Assembly (NCBI GenBank): GCA_963765205.1
Contig: CAVXVB010000008.1
Coordinates: forward strand, 416,001 to 480,000
Source: an uncultured Verrucomicrobiae bacterium
GTDB lineage: Bacteria; Verrucomicrobiota; Verrucomicrobiia; Opitutales; JABDGR01
DNA length: 64,000 nt
Direction: 5' to 3'
Shown: positions 20,626-29,432 of the stretch, in pieces
Layout: each line of letters begins with the position of its first letter
Position numbering within the stretch: position 1 is the stretch's first letter
The notes under the pieces: model-generated
Seen by the model: the letters and a program-made list of their open reading frames with translations, nothing else
Database searches by the model: none
Told to the model about the DNA's origin: nothing
Position numbers and translations under genes: made by a program

Positions 20626-20700
20626 CCTATGACCTGTATTTTTTCGGCCCTCGTCTGTCAATGCCAAGAGCGCGGACGGGCTTCGGGTATCCCGCAGGCG

Positions 20701-22284
20701 CTAGCTGTGGTCGGCGGCGGCGCGCAGAAAGACGGCGTCGTCCGTTTCGTCCACGACCCGGAGGGCGGGATATTTTTCCAATTGTTCGACGGGGAGCATT
20801 TTTGGGTCAAGGTCCTTGAAGTAAATGATAATGCCGTGGGAAGCGGCCAGGTTTTTCGCCATCTCCGCAAGTTCGGAGTCGAGGGCGGGGTTGGCCAGGT
20901 GGCGGATCGCGTCGGAGGCGTCGGGCACATAATGGAAATCAAGGCGCCCGGAACGGAGATAGACGGGGCCGAAGTAGTTGGAATAAATCGGGGAATCGGC
21001 ATAACGCTGCTGAAGCAGGTCGAGACCCTTTGATTCGCGCCATGAGGTGTCGTTGAATTCGAGATGTTCCGCACGCGCGTTCGACAGCCACAGGACGGCG
21101 GCCACCACATAGGCAGCCATAAAAAGGACCAGGAAGGCGACCGCGCAGAATCGGGCTGCGCCGCCGGCCCGGGCCGATGCGCCCCTGGCCCACGCCGTGC
21201 CCCCGGCACCCGCCAGCAGCAAAGTCATGGTCAGGGAGTAAATATGCACTCGTTCGCCGACATACTCGGTAGCGTCAATGAACATCGCCGCCACAAAAAT
21301 GAGGCCTTCGCAGGCCATCAGGTTCACCAGCAGCAACATGGCCGGCGCTTCCGTGCGCCAATCCCATCCTACCCCCCAGCGGGATCGGTTGGAATTTTGG
21401 CACGCCACCACCACCCACGCCAGCGCCAGTACTCCCATCACCGCGAGATAGTCCAGCTTGGGTGCTGAATGTCCATCAAAAGGTGCTATCCAGCGCACAA
21501 ATGCCGCAAGCGCGGAGATCGCCTGGCTCCTGGCCAATCCGTAAATCCCGAGCTTGCGCCCCACCGCCGCGACACCCGTCGCGCTGGACTGCGCGCGCAT
21601 CCAGTAGAGCAAAGGCATCAGGGTGATTAGTGAATAGACCGCCGCGCGGCCGATTTTTCGACTCCAGGCACCGCGTGTGTAAGCAAGGACAAACAGACCG
21701 CCGACCGCCACCGGCGCGATCGCCATATAACGGCACAGCACCGCCGCAGCCAACACCAACGCCGCCCACACCAGCCACAGCCAGGATTGGCGCTGTTCGT
21801 AGCCCAACAGCAGCCACAGGCCCAGCAACCAGAAAAACAGGCACGACGATTCGCTCATTGCCATCACATGCGCCCACCAGATACCGGGCGCCAGCGCAAA
21901 GGCCGCGCACGCCAATAAACCCGCCAAAGCGGACAAGCGCAAACAACGGCCCAAGGCCGCCACCAGCAGGATGTTGATCGGAAAAAGAATCACATCAAGC
22001 CAACGCGCGGCTGATACCACGCTCCCGCTGAATTTGCTCACCGCCGCCAACAAGATAGGATACATCGGCGGCCAAACGTGTAGTTTTTCCAGGCCGCCAT
22101 GGCGGTCGGGCACCATGAAATCGCCATGTTTCAAAAACGAGCTGGCGGCGTGGGTGTAAACGGCGGAATCGGTGTTCGTCCAACCCGGTCCGACCCGCGT
22201 CACCCACCACGAACCAAGCGCCGCGAGCACCATCAGCAGGGCCACGCAAGCCAGCGTCCAGCGTGAGCTGCGGGGTTAATTCAT
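20701..22284 (-). CDS. GT-C/PMT-like membrane protein paralog; in-frame TAA at codon 3 (pseudogene, error or restart at GTG 22245)
   Basis: ATG at 22284 reads MN*PRSSRWTLACVALLMVLAALGSWWVTR, colinear with paralog MKECGGSRGLLVGLVFLMVGAAGASLWVTR. Confidence 0.6.
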
Positions 22285-22355
22285 ATCCTTGGTCTTAATT
22301 GACGGCGCTCCCGCAGTCAACTTTTGCAGCGCAAAGATTTTCACGGTTGGCAAAA

Positions 22356-23576
22356 TCAATGCATCCATTCCAAAGTGGCCACGCTTTCGATATGGCGGGT
22401 TTGGGGGAAGAGGTCAAAGGGTTGGGCGTGGAGCAGGCGGTAGCCGCCGGCGCAGAGAATTTTGAGGTCGCGCGCCTGGGTCGCGGGGTCGCAGGAGACA
22501 TAGACGATGCGCGCGGGGCCATACACAAGGAGTTGCCGCAGGAACGTCTCGTCGCAGCCCGCCCGCGGCGGGTCAATGACCGCGGCCGTTTCGCCCGGCG
22601 GGAATTTGGCCGCGGCGAAAATCCGCTCCGCGACGCCGACGAGGAATTCACTGTTTTCCGTATGGTTAAGTGCGGCGTTCAATTTCGCACGACGCACGGC
22701 GTCAGGATTGACCTCGATGCCGAGACAGCGCTCGAACTGCTTTTGCCCGCAGAGCGCGAAGACGCCGACGCCGCAATAAACGTCGAGCAAAAACCGGGCG
22801 CCACCCGCCGCGGCCTCGCCCAGCACATACGCAACCAGCTCCGGCAGGATGAACGGGTTGTTCTGAAAAAAATCTCCCGCCGCGAATTGAAAGACCGTGT
22901 CGCCGATGGCGGCGCTGGCCTGCGCCTGCGGCTCGGTGACGACGCCGGCGCGCGTCTCGCGCAGGAGCAGCGAGCCGTTGCGCTTGAGCTGGCCGGCGCG
23001 GGCGGTGAGGTCTGCGCGCACGGTGGGCAGGGCGGCATTGATGGCCTCGGTGGCAATCGGGCATTGCGGCACGTCCAGCAGCGCGCGGCGGCTGCCGGTG
23101 CGTAAAAAGCCAATGGGAAAGGAGCCGTCGCGCCGGGGCGGCTCGTAATGCGGCGTGAGTTTCGCGCGGTAGTGATAAACCCGCGGTGAGGGATGCGTCG
23201 GGCGCACGTCGGCTTCCGGCAGGCCCGCCAGCCGGGCGAGCACTTCGCGCACCTGCCGCTGTTTCCATTGGAGCTGCTCTTCATAGGCCAGGTGCTGATA
23301 CTGGCAGCCGCCGCATTCGCCAAAAAGGGGGCACTCGGGTTTGCGCCGCGCGGGTGAGGGTTTAAGCACCTCGATCAAATCCGCCTCGGAGTAATTGGCG
23401 CGGTTGCGGAAAACCCGCGCGCGCACCGTCTCACCCGGCAGCGCATAGGGCACCATCACAACCCAGCCGTCCACGCGCCCGAGGCCAACGCCCAGGTTGG
23501 TCAATGTCACAATCTCGAGGGTCAGCTCGTGGTGATAGGCGTAGGGCTTGGCTTTGAAATCGAGCGGCACAGGCAT
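22356..23576 (-). CDS. TRAM-domain RNA (uracil-5)-methyltransferase, RlmD/TrmA family
   Basis: CPLFGECGGCQYQH Fe-S motif, FFQNN, DVYCGVG, DPPRAG, YVSCDPATQARD, DLFPQTRHIE. Confidence 0.9.
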   Translation of the reverse strand: MPVPLDFKAKPYAYHHELTLEIVTLTNLGVGLGRVDGWVVMVPYALPGETVRARVFRNRANYSEADLIEVLKPSPARRKPECPLFGECGGCQYQHLAYEEQLQWKQRQVREVLARLAGLPEADVRPTHPSPRVYHYRAKLTPHYEPPRRDGSFPIGFLRTGSRRALLDVPQCPIATEAINAALPTVRADLTARAGQLKRNGSLLLRETRAGVVTEPQAQASAAIGDTVFQFAAGDFFQNNPFILPELVAYVLGEAAAGGARFLLDVYCGVGVFALCGQKQFERCLGIEVNPDAVRRAKLNAALNHTENSEFLVGVAERIFAAAKFPPGETAAVIDPPRAGCDETFLRQLLVYGPARIVYVSCDPATQARDLKILCAGGYRLLHAQPFDLFPQTRHIESVATLEWMH

Positions 23577-23704
23577 GGCGGATGGGGAATTTTGATGCGA
23601 GTCTCACAGCATGGACGAAATTCCGCCGGCTTCCGATAAATTTCTATCCCTGATTTCAATTCTGTTAATTCGGTTAATTCTGTTTAAAATGCCTCCTTTT
23701 ACCC

Positions 23705-24541
23705 ATGCCCCTTGAATTCGTCCAGAGCCGGCAGAACCCCCGCGTGCAAAACCTGGCGCGGTTGCGCGAGCGCGCGCACCGCGACGCGCAGCAGCGGTTC
23801 CTCGTCGAGGGCCGCCGCGAGCTCGAACGCGCGCTAGCCCGCGGCGTGGTCGAGGAAATCTACCTGTGCCCGGACTATTTTCGCGAACAGGCGGCGGCGG
23901 ATTTTCAGCAGATAATCGAACGCCGTAATTTGCCAGCGTGCCAGCTCGCGCCGTCTGCGTTCGACAAGGTTTCGCTACGCGAGGGGCCGGATGGTTTTCT
24001 GGGGGTGGCGCGGTCGTGGCGGCATGCGCTGGCGGACTTGCCGTTGACCGCGCCGGCTTTGGTGCTGGTGGTCGAGGCGGTCGAAAAGCCCGGCAACCTC
24101 GGCGCGTTGCTGAGGACGGCGGAGGCGGCGGGCGCGGCCGTCATCATCTGCGACCCGGTGACGGATTTGTTTAACCCGCATGTGGTGCGCAATTCGCAGG
24201 GCGCATTGTTCAGCCTGCCCTTGGCGGTCAGCGACGCTGCGGCGGCCATCGAATTTCTCCGGGCGCGGAACATCGCCATGGTGGCGACCACGCCCGATCC
24301 CGCGGCACCATGCTACTGGGACTTGAACCTGCGCGGGGCGACGGCGATTGTCGTCGGCAGCGAAAAGACCGGCCTGAGCGCGTTGTGGTTGACAGCGGCA
24401 CAGGAGCGGGCGCGCATCCCGATGGCGGGCGCGGCCGATTCGCTCAATGTCGCCTCGGCGGCGGCGATTATGCTGTTTGAAGCGGTAAGGCAAAGAAAGG
24501 CAGAATGGAAAATGGAAAATGGAAAATGGAAAAAAATCTAG
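23705..24541 (+). CDS. TrmH/SpoU family RNA 2'-O-methyltransferase
   Basis: KPGNLGALLRTA, GSEKTGLS, IPMAGAADSLNVASA; tail AEWKMENGKWKKI is encoded by a repeat. Confidence 0.9.
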   Translation: MPLEFVQSRQNPRVQNLARLRERAHRDAQQRFLVEGRRELERALARGVVEEIYLCPDYFREQAAADFQQIIERRNLPACQLAPSAFDKVSLREGPDGFLGVARSWRHALADLPLTAPALVLVVEAVEKPGNLGALLRTAEAAGAAVIICDPVTDLFNPHVVRNSQGALFSLPLAVSDAAAAIEFLRARNIAMVATTPDPAAPCYWDLNLRGATAIVVGSEKTGLSALWLTAAQERARIPMAGAADSLNVASAAAIMLFEAVRQRKAEWKMENGKWKKI

Positions 24542-24590
24542 CGGCGTGCATGTTCGTCTTTTCCGTTTTTTCCATTTATCCTTTTCCATC
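24499..24590. repeat. ATGGAAA-family palindromic repeat between convergent genes
   Basis: gcagaatggaaaatggaaaatggaaaatggaaaa ... ttttccatttatccttttccat. Confidence 0.8.
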
Positions 24591-25230
24591 ATTGGCTTAA
24601 CAATTCCACCAATTCCCGCGCGAGACGCGGGTTGGTGACGAGCGCCTGATGATGCGGCAGCTTGACGCGGACGTTGCGCCCGACGGGCAACTCCGAACTG
24701 CGCGCGGGCATGATGATAACGTCGAACGGCGTCCAATACGATGCGACCAGGATGCCAGCGAGTTGTTCGACATCGCGGGCGAGGTCTTGCAAAAAGGCAC
24801 TGCCGGGGCGCAGCTCGCGCACCCCTCGCCCGGGCAGCAGCCAGGCCATGATCGTGCCGTGATGCGGCGTGGCAAGCGTCACCAGCCGCCGCATGCGCGC
24901 GCGCCCACCATGGCGTTGGACGTAGGTCCGCGCCACGAGGCCGCCCAAGCTGTGCCCGATGACATCGCAGCGCTCACCCGGCGCCAGATTGTCCTCCAAA
25001 AACTTGCCCAACTGTAGGGAGAGTTCGTGGATGGAGACGGAGCCGTTGTTCGGCGTCAAATCGGGGGTAAACACGCGCCGCCCCGCGCGCAGAAACGCCG
25101 CGCGCAAGCGGCCCATCAGCCGGTGGTCACGGAAGATGCCATGCACGATAACCACGGGCGGCAGGCCGGCGGCGTGGTCGGCGAACGAGGGCGCGAGAGG
25201 AGTCATACTCAGTGTATTATCAATTACCAT
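24589..25230 (-). CDS. Alpha/beta-hydrolase lipase/esterase
   Basis: VHGI oxyanion motif, GHSLGG nucleophile elbow, TPHHGT. Confidence 0.85.
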   Translation of the reverse strand: MVIDNTLSMTPLAPSFADHAAGLPPVVIVHGIFRDHRLMGRLRAAFLRAGRRVFTPDLTPNNGSVSIHELSLQLGKFLEDNLAPGERCDVIGHSLGGLVARTYVQRHGGRARMRRLVTLATPHHGTIMAWLLPGRGVRELRPGSAFLQDLARDVEQLAGILVASYWTPFDVIIMPARSSELPVGRNVRVKLPHHQALVTNPRLARELVELLSQ

Positions 25231-25372
25231 GCCAGGTAGCCAGAGGGTGTCTTAACTTGCTTGTGGTGAGGCGGTTGTTGTTGGAGGTTAACCGACCGGC
25301 GGATTGAATGCGGCAATTTTCGTCGAGAAATGTGGACAAAAAATGAATAGGGGCATCCCGTTACTGACATGA

Positions 25373-25400
25373 TTGACAGCGTCCGCAGGCTTGTTATAAA
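25373..25400 (+). promoter_or_regulatory. Putative sigma70 promoter of HNH gene
   Basis: TTGACA-16 bp-TATAAA with TGn extended -10. Confidence 0.5.
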
Positions 25401-25411
25401 GAAGCTCCATT

Positions 25412-26020
25412 ATGGCCGTCGAACGACTGAACCAGCGGGTGTTGGTGCTTAACCGTTTGTGGCAGGCGGTGAACATCATCGGCGTCAAGCGGGCGTTTGG
25501 CCTGCTGATGATGGATCATGCGCAGGTGGTCCACGCCGACGATGACGCCATCGAGGTGCTCAATGCCGAGGGATGGATCGCCCATTCGCTGGCCCACCCG
25601 CCGACCGACGACCGCGACTGCATCCACACGGTGCGGATGAGACTGCGGCTGCCGTCGGTGATTTTGCTGCGCTACTACGACCGCGTGCCGGCCAAGGAAG
25701 TCAAATTCAACCGGCAAAACCTTTTCGAGCGCGACGGGCATTGCTGCCAGTATTGCGGCAAGGTTTACACGGTGAAGGAATTGAATCTGGACCATGTGAT
25801 TCCGCGCATGAACGGCGGGCGCACGTCGTGGGAAAACGTCGTCACGTCGTGCGTGCGATGCAATTCGCGCAAGGCGAACCGGATGCCGCACCAGGCGGGG
25901 ATGCATTTGCTGAAAAAGCCGACGAAGCCGAAATGGCGGCCGTTTGCCTACGCCGTCAGCACCGCCGACCGCGTCGAGCATTGGGAGCCGTTTTTGGGGG
26001 AGCTGGCGGAGGTGGATTAG
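25412..26020 (+). CDS. HNH endonuclease (McrA-like)
   Basis: VLVLN, RDGHCCQYCG, LDHVIPR..GG, WENVVTSCVRCNSRK. Confidence 0.9.
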   Translation: MAVERLNQRVLVLNRLWQAVNIIGVKRAFGLLMMDHAQVVHADDDAIEVLNAEGWIAHSLAHPPTDDRDCIHTVRMRLRLPSVILLRYYDRVPAKEVKFNRQNLFERDGHCCQYCGKVYTVKELNLDHVIPRMNGGRTSWENVVTSCVRCNSRKANRMPHQAGMHLLKKPTKPKWRPFAYAVSTADRVEHWEPFLGELAEVD

Positions 26021-26071
26021 TTTTGGGTTTGAAAATTGCGGCCGGATGTTTATCATATCTTGAAAAATCAC

Positions 26072-26281
26072 ATGAAAAATTTTACCGCCGTCGTGGAACG
26101 CTGCCCGGATACCGGACTTTATGTCGGCTATGTTCCCGGATTTCCCGGCGCGCACTCCCAGGGTGAAAACCTGGATGAATTGCAGCGCAACCTTGCGGAA
26201 GTTGTCGCGATGCTGCTGGAAGACGGGGAGCCGCGCCTGGAAGCCGAATTTGTCGGCACCCAAACCATCTCAATTGCTTGA
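26072..26281 (+). CDS. hicB: HicB family antitoxin
   Basis: YVGYVPGFPGAHSQGENLDEL. Confidence 0.85.
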   Translation: MKNFTAVVERCPDTGLYVGYVPGFPGAHSQGENLDELQRNLAEVVAMLLEDGEPRLEAEFVGTQTISIA

Positions 26282-26284
26282 GCC

Positions 26285-26512
26285 ATGGTAGGCCACCTAC
26301 CCGTGCTTAAGCCGGCTGAGGTTCTCCGTATTTTGGGGCGGTTGGGTTTTGTGCAAGTCCGGCAAAAAGGTTCGCATCGGCAATTTCGCCATCCCGACGG
26401 TCGTGGCACGACAGTCCCCGACCACCGCGGCCGCGACCTCTCGCCTTTCCTTTTACGCCAAATCGCGCGCGACATTGGCCTGACCCCGGAAGAGTTTTTG
26501 AAACATCGGTAA
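26285..26512 (+). CDS. hicA: HicA family toxin
   Basis: [26 protein letters not shown]. Confidence 0.9.
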   Translation: MVGHLPVLKPAEVLRILGRLGFVQVRQKGSHRQFRHPDGRGTTVPDHRGRDLSPFLLRQIARDIGLTPEEFLKHR

Positions 26513-26551
26513 TAGGAAAATTTAGATTCAAGCCGCGCAGGTTGAACGCCC

Positions 26552-27223
26552 TTACCCTTTGGACTGTTTGAGACGCGGGTGTTTGCGCGGCGCGGGTTTG
26601 GCCACGGCGACGACACCGATGCCGAGCGTCTTATCGAGGGTCCGGTCAATGAATTCCCAATTTTGGGGATACCCAGCTTTGATTTTTTGCCAGGCGCGAC
26701 TGACCGTGGCGCGGGGCAGGACAATGTCGCAGAAAGCGACCCAGCGGCAGTGGTTTTTGACTTTATCGAAATCGTGGAGGACCCATTTTTCGGCGTGGCA
26801 GGCGTCAATGAAGGCGAGGTCGTAGCGTTCGCGGCCGAGGTTGATTTCATCGGTGCGGGCGCGGCGGTAATCGGTTTTGGGAAAGCGCCAGCGGTATTCG
26901 ACGAAGTCGTAGGGGGCGGCGCTTTGGTCGTAGCCGAGGCTGTGTTGGAAAGCGGGGTTGGCGGCGCGGAGGTAGGAATCGGCCATGAAAAAGGAGCCGC
27001 CGTTGCTGACGCCGATTTCGACGTAGGTGTTCACGCGCTTTGATCCCATGAAAATTAGGAACTCGGCGAATTCGCGGGGGTTTTGGAGGAGGCGCAAATT
27101 CGAACTGGGTTTGCCTTTGAAAACAAAATGGCAATGCGGCTCCAAAAACGCAGTGAGCCAAGCCACATCGCCAAGACGGGACTGGTTTTTTCTGAAGTGG
27201 TCGTAAAGCTCGAAATATTTCAC
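26552..27223 (-). CDS. Class I SAM-dependent methyltransferase (Methyltransf_24-like)
   Basis: YVEIGVSNGGS, DLAFIDACH; GTG start assumed. Confidence 0.7.
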   Translation of the reverse strand: MKYFELYDHFRKNQSRLGDVAWLTAFLEPHCHFVFKGKPSSNLRLLQNPREFAEFLIFMGSKRVNTYVEIGVSNGGSFFMADSYLRAANPAFQHSLGYDQSAAPYDFVEYRWRFPKTDYRRARTDEINLGRERYDLAFIDACHAEKWVLHDFDKVKNHCRWVAFCDIVLPRATVSRAWQKIKAGYPQNWEFIDRTLDKTLGIGVVAVAKPAPRKHPRLKQSKG

Positions 27224-27493
27224 GTGGGGGGGAAAAGATGGAAGACAGGAGTCAGGTGATAGAAGCCGGACAGCGGGGCCGTGGGGGGTGTTGATAAAGT
27301 GGTTGGACTGGGTTGGATTTGGGCAAAAGGCGCTGAGGAGCCAAGGCACTTAGCCGCAGGTGATTTCCCCGACAATCAGAAGGCGTTTGCATTATTTTAT
27401 TTAAATACAGCACATAATTTTTTCGGAATTATGCACTTCACAAAGGCCACGCTCTGACGGCCTAAGCTGGCCGATTCCCTGATTTTGGGGCGG

Positions 27494-27625
27494 CTATTTC
27501 TTGCGGGCCTTGGCCTTCGCCGTCTTATACGGCGGGATGGCCTCTGGCTTCACTTGCACGACCCGGCGCATCAGGTCTGCGAACCTGACGGGCGGATGGC
27601 GCAATTCTTGGGATTGCGGTTTCAT
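27494..27625 (-). CDS. Small basic 43-aa IS-end ORF
   Basis: MKPQSQELRHPPVRFADLMRRVVQVKPEAIPPYKTAKAKARKK*; read manually, below the ORF-track cutoff. Confidence 0.5.
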   Translation of the reverse strand: MKPQSQELRHPPVRFADLMRRVVQVKPEAIPPYKTAKAKARKK

Positions 27626-27648
27626 GGCTACGCTGTCAAATAGCACGG

Positions 27649-27879
27649 ATGGGATATAAACGCAAGGGCGACAAAGGGGTATCCATTACCCTACCAGCAG
27701 AGCTTGTGGACTATATTGAAAAGCGAGCAAAGCGCATTAACGGGTCTAAGTCATGGTATGTCGCGGAAATTATTCGCGCGTGGGTGGATGCTGGCGGGAA
27801 GCCAATCGGAAGGCTGGATGAGAAAATGCAAAATGACGAAGATGGGCTTGGCAATCCACCGACTCAAAGTAAAAAGTGA
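27649..27879 (+). CDS. Ribbon-helix-helix (CopG/Arc-like) regulator
   Basis: VSITLPAELVDYIEKRAKRINGSKSWYVAEII. Confidence 0.75.
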   Translation: MGYKRKGDKGVSITLPAELVDYIEKRAKRINGSKSWYVAEIIRAWVDAGGKPIGRLDEKMQNDEDGLGNPPTQSKK

Positions 27880-27964
27880 TATAAAGCTGGAGCTACCGGA
27901 GCTTATGAAGCTACTGAAGTAATTTAAGTTACCGGAGCTAGTTCGGGATAATCGTGAAACCGTC

Positions 27965-27992
27965 TTGTCATTCGGTAACGTTCCCGTATTTT
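27965..27992 (+). promoter_or_regulatory. Putative promoter for the cargo operon (wHTH-tRNA-DUF6941)
   Basis: TTGTCA-16 bp-TATTTT upstream of 28023. Confidence 0.35.
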
Positions 27993-28022
27993 CTCACTAT
28001 GCCCGATGATAGACTATAAGTA

Positions 28023-28643
28023 ATGACGAAGCTCGACCTCGAAACGGCGGAGCAGCTTTTGGCATTGAGGTTGAGGCGGTATGATGAATTGAAAGTGGAA
28101 ATTGCAAATGTGACTTCTCAAATTCAATCCTTAGTTGATGACATCGGTGCCGTTAAGTTAGAGCAGGCCAATCAACAAAATCTTGATGGCGGAACGCCTG
28201 CTAAAATTGAGCGTCCTGAAATCAAGACACCGGCCAATGATGCCGACATTCGAGGGCGTGAAAAATACGGGGCGGCGCGCAAGGCAATAATTGTCCTTTT
28301 GCGCGAACAGGGGCCGCGTTTAATAACAACGGAAAAAATGCAGGCGGAATTAAAAATTCCACCTTCTACATTATATCGAAACCTTACTGATTTGCAGGCG
28401 GATGGAGTTATTTCCAAAATTGGAAACGCATGGTGTTTTAGCGCAATGATAAGTTCGTCCCCTTCCAGCTATCAGGCATACATAAATGAGCTTACAAATC
28501 AAGGCTTCATCGCAAACGTAGATTTAACTGCATCACCCCCGGCAACCATTCCCTATACTTCCCCGAAACCCCCTAAGGCTCGGGGGCCTAACATTTCCAA
28601 CAAATTTAATATGCCTCCACAAAACGGCGCGGCAACCGGGTGA
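28023..28643 (+). CDS. Coiled-coil plus winged-HTH protein with Pro-rich tail
   Basis: N-terminal heptad helix; TTEKMQAELKIPPSTLYRNLTDLQADGVISK HTH. Confidence 0.65.
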   Translation: MTKLDLETAEQLLALRLRRYDELKVEIANVTSQIQSLVDDIGAVKLEQANQQNLDGGTPAKIERPEIKTPANDADIRGREKYGAARKAIIVLLREQGPRLITTEKMQAELKIPPSTLYRNLTDLQADGVISKIGNAWCFSAMISSSPSSYQAYINELTNQGFIANVDLTASPPATIPYTSPKPPKARGPNISNKFNMPPQNGAATG

Positions 28644-28675
28644 TCCCCACTTAAGCGCGCCTCTGCAAAGAAATA

Positions 28676-28766
28676 ACCCCCTAACTCTGGCCCAACTTCG
28701 CGGGCGGAACCAGAAAGGGGGTCGGTAATCCCGAGGGGCCAGATTGCTCTGGCCGCTCGTTCTTTT
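28676..28766 (+). promoter_or_regulatory. Structured leader with intrinsic-terminator-like hairpin and alternative pairing
   Basis: ACCCCCT/AGGGGGT and TCTGG/CCAGA stem; CGAG-G-GGCCAGA/TCTGGCC-G-CTCG hairpin followed by TTCTTTT; TCTGGCCC (28686-28693) is also complementary to GGGCCAGA (28736-28743). Confidence 0.55.
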
Positions 28767-28773
28767 CCAATTA

Positions 28774-28861
28774 GCCTATGTGGTGTAACTGGCAGCCACG
28801 TCCGCCTTGGGGGCGGTTGCCTGTGTGAGCAGGCGTGTGGGTTCGACCCCCACCATAGGCA
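28774..28861 (+). tRNA. Class II tRNA-Leu-type body with Pro anticodon UGG (CCA end not encoded)
   Basis: Acceptor GCCTATG/CATAGGC, A73; D arm GTG-TAACTGGCAGC-CAC; anticodon arm TCCGC-CTTGGGG-GCGGT; variable arm GCCTGT-GTGA-GCAGGC; T arm GTGGG-TTCGACC-CCCAC. Confidence 0.9.
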
Positions 28862-28918
28862 TTTTTTATAGGATGACAAACAAAATTTTTAACCGAAAAC
28901 TTGAACGAAAATAAATTT

Positions 28919-29365
28919 ATGAAACTGGAGATTTTTACCCTTTGCGATGAAGCGCATGAAGCAAATGGAAAGCTCTATATCAATGGGGCATTCCAAAATC
29001 TTTTTTCGGCTGGCTTCCCATGTGTCCATCCAAGATTTTGTGTGGTCGCCCGCCTTAGATTTATTCCGATAGAGATTGGAGACCACGCCATCCAAGTTAC
29101 ATTCAAAAATGAAGACGGCAAAGATGTGCTATCTATCCCCGTAATTGAACAGAAGTTTTCGGTTCAAATACCCGAAGATAAAACCTCCATTGCCCTTCAC
29201 TGCATAATTCTTATTAACGCAACACAATTAGGGGCACCTGGAGAATACATGGTGGGTTTAGCCGTTGACCGTTTGGCCCAAGCAGAGCTTCCGTTGTATG
29301 TGTCTCAAATGCCCCCGCAAGCGCAATCGCCGGAGCCGCCTTCTGTTCACGACGGGCCGCATTAG
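28919..29365 (+). CDS. DUF6941-like beta-sandwich protein
   Basis: FTLCDEA...NGKLYINGAF...FP...PGEYMV pattern. Confidence 0.6.
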   Translation: MKLEIFTLCDEAHEANGKLYINGAFQNLFSAGFPCVHPRFCVVARLRFIPIEIGDHAIQVTFKNEDGKDVLSIPVIEQKFSVQIPEDKTSIALHCIILINATQLGAPGEYMVGLAVDRLAQAELPLYVSQMPPQAQSPEPPSVHDGPH

Positions 29366-29432
29366 CCCTTTTTTGCTCTTCAAATTGGGAGGTTTGGCTC
29401 ATGGCAAAAATTTATCATAACCCATATTTTTG

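Noticed and set aside
25412..26020. HNH protein as IscB/Cas9-like RNA-guided nuclease
   Set aside because: No RuvC or PLMP motifs and no adjacent array or room for a guide RNA; it looks like the common McrA-like family
28774..28861. Ordinary tRNA-Pro, or an att-site tRNA fragment
   Set aside because: The long variable arm and G1-C72 are incompatible with bacterial tRNA-Pro. The gene is full length, internal to the IS, and has no integrase or duplicated 3' end in the window
28553..28879. 108-aa minus-strand ORF
   Set aside because: It is the antisense shadow of the tRNA and its leader
29214..29402. 62-aa ORF downstream of the transposase
   Set aside because: It largely overlaps the DUF6941-like gene in antisense; it may be a real short IS ORF but cannot be supported here
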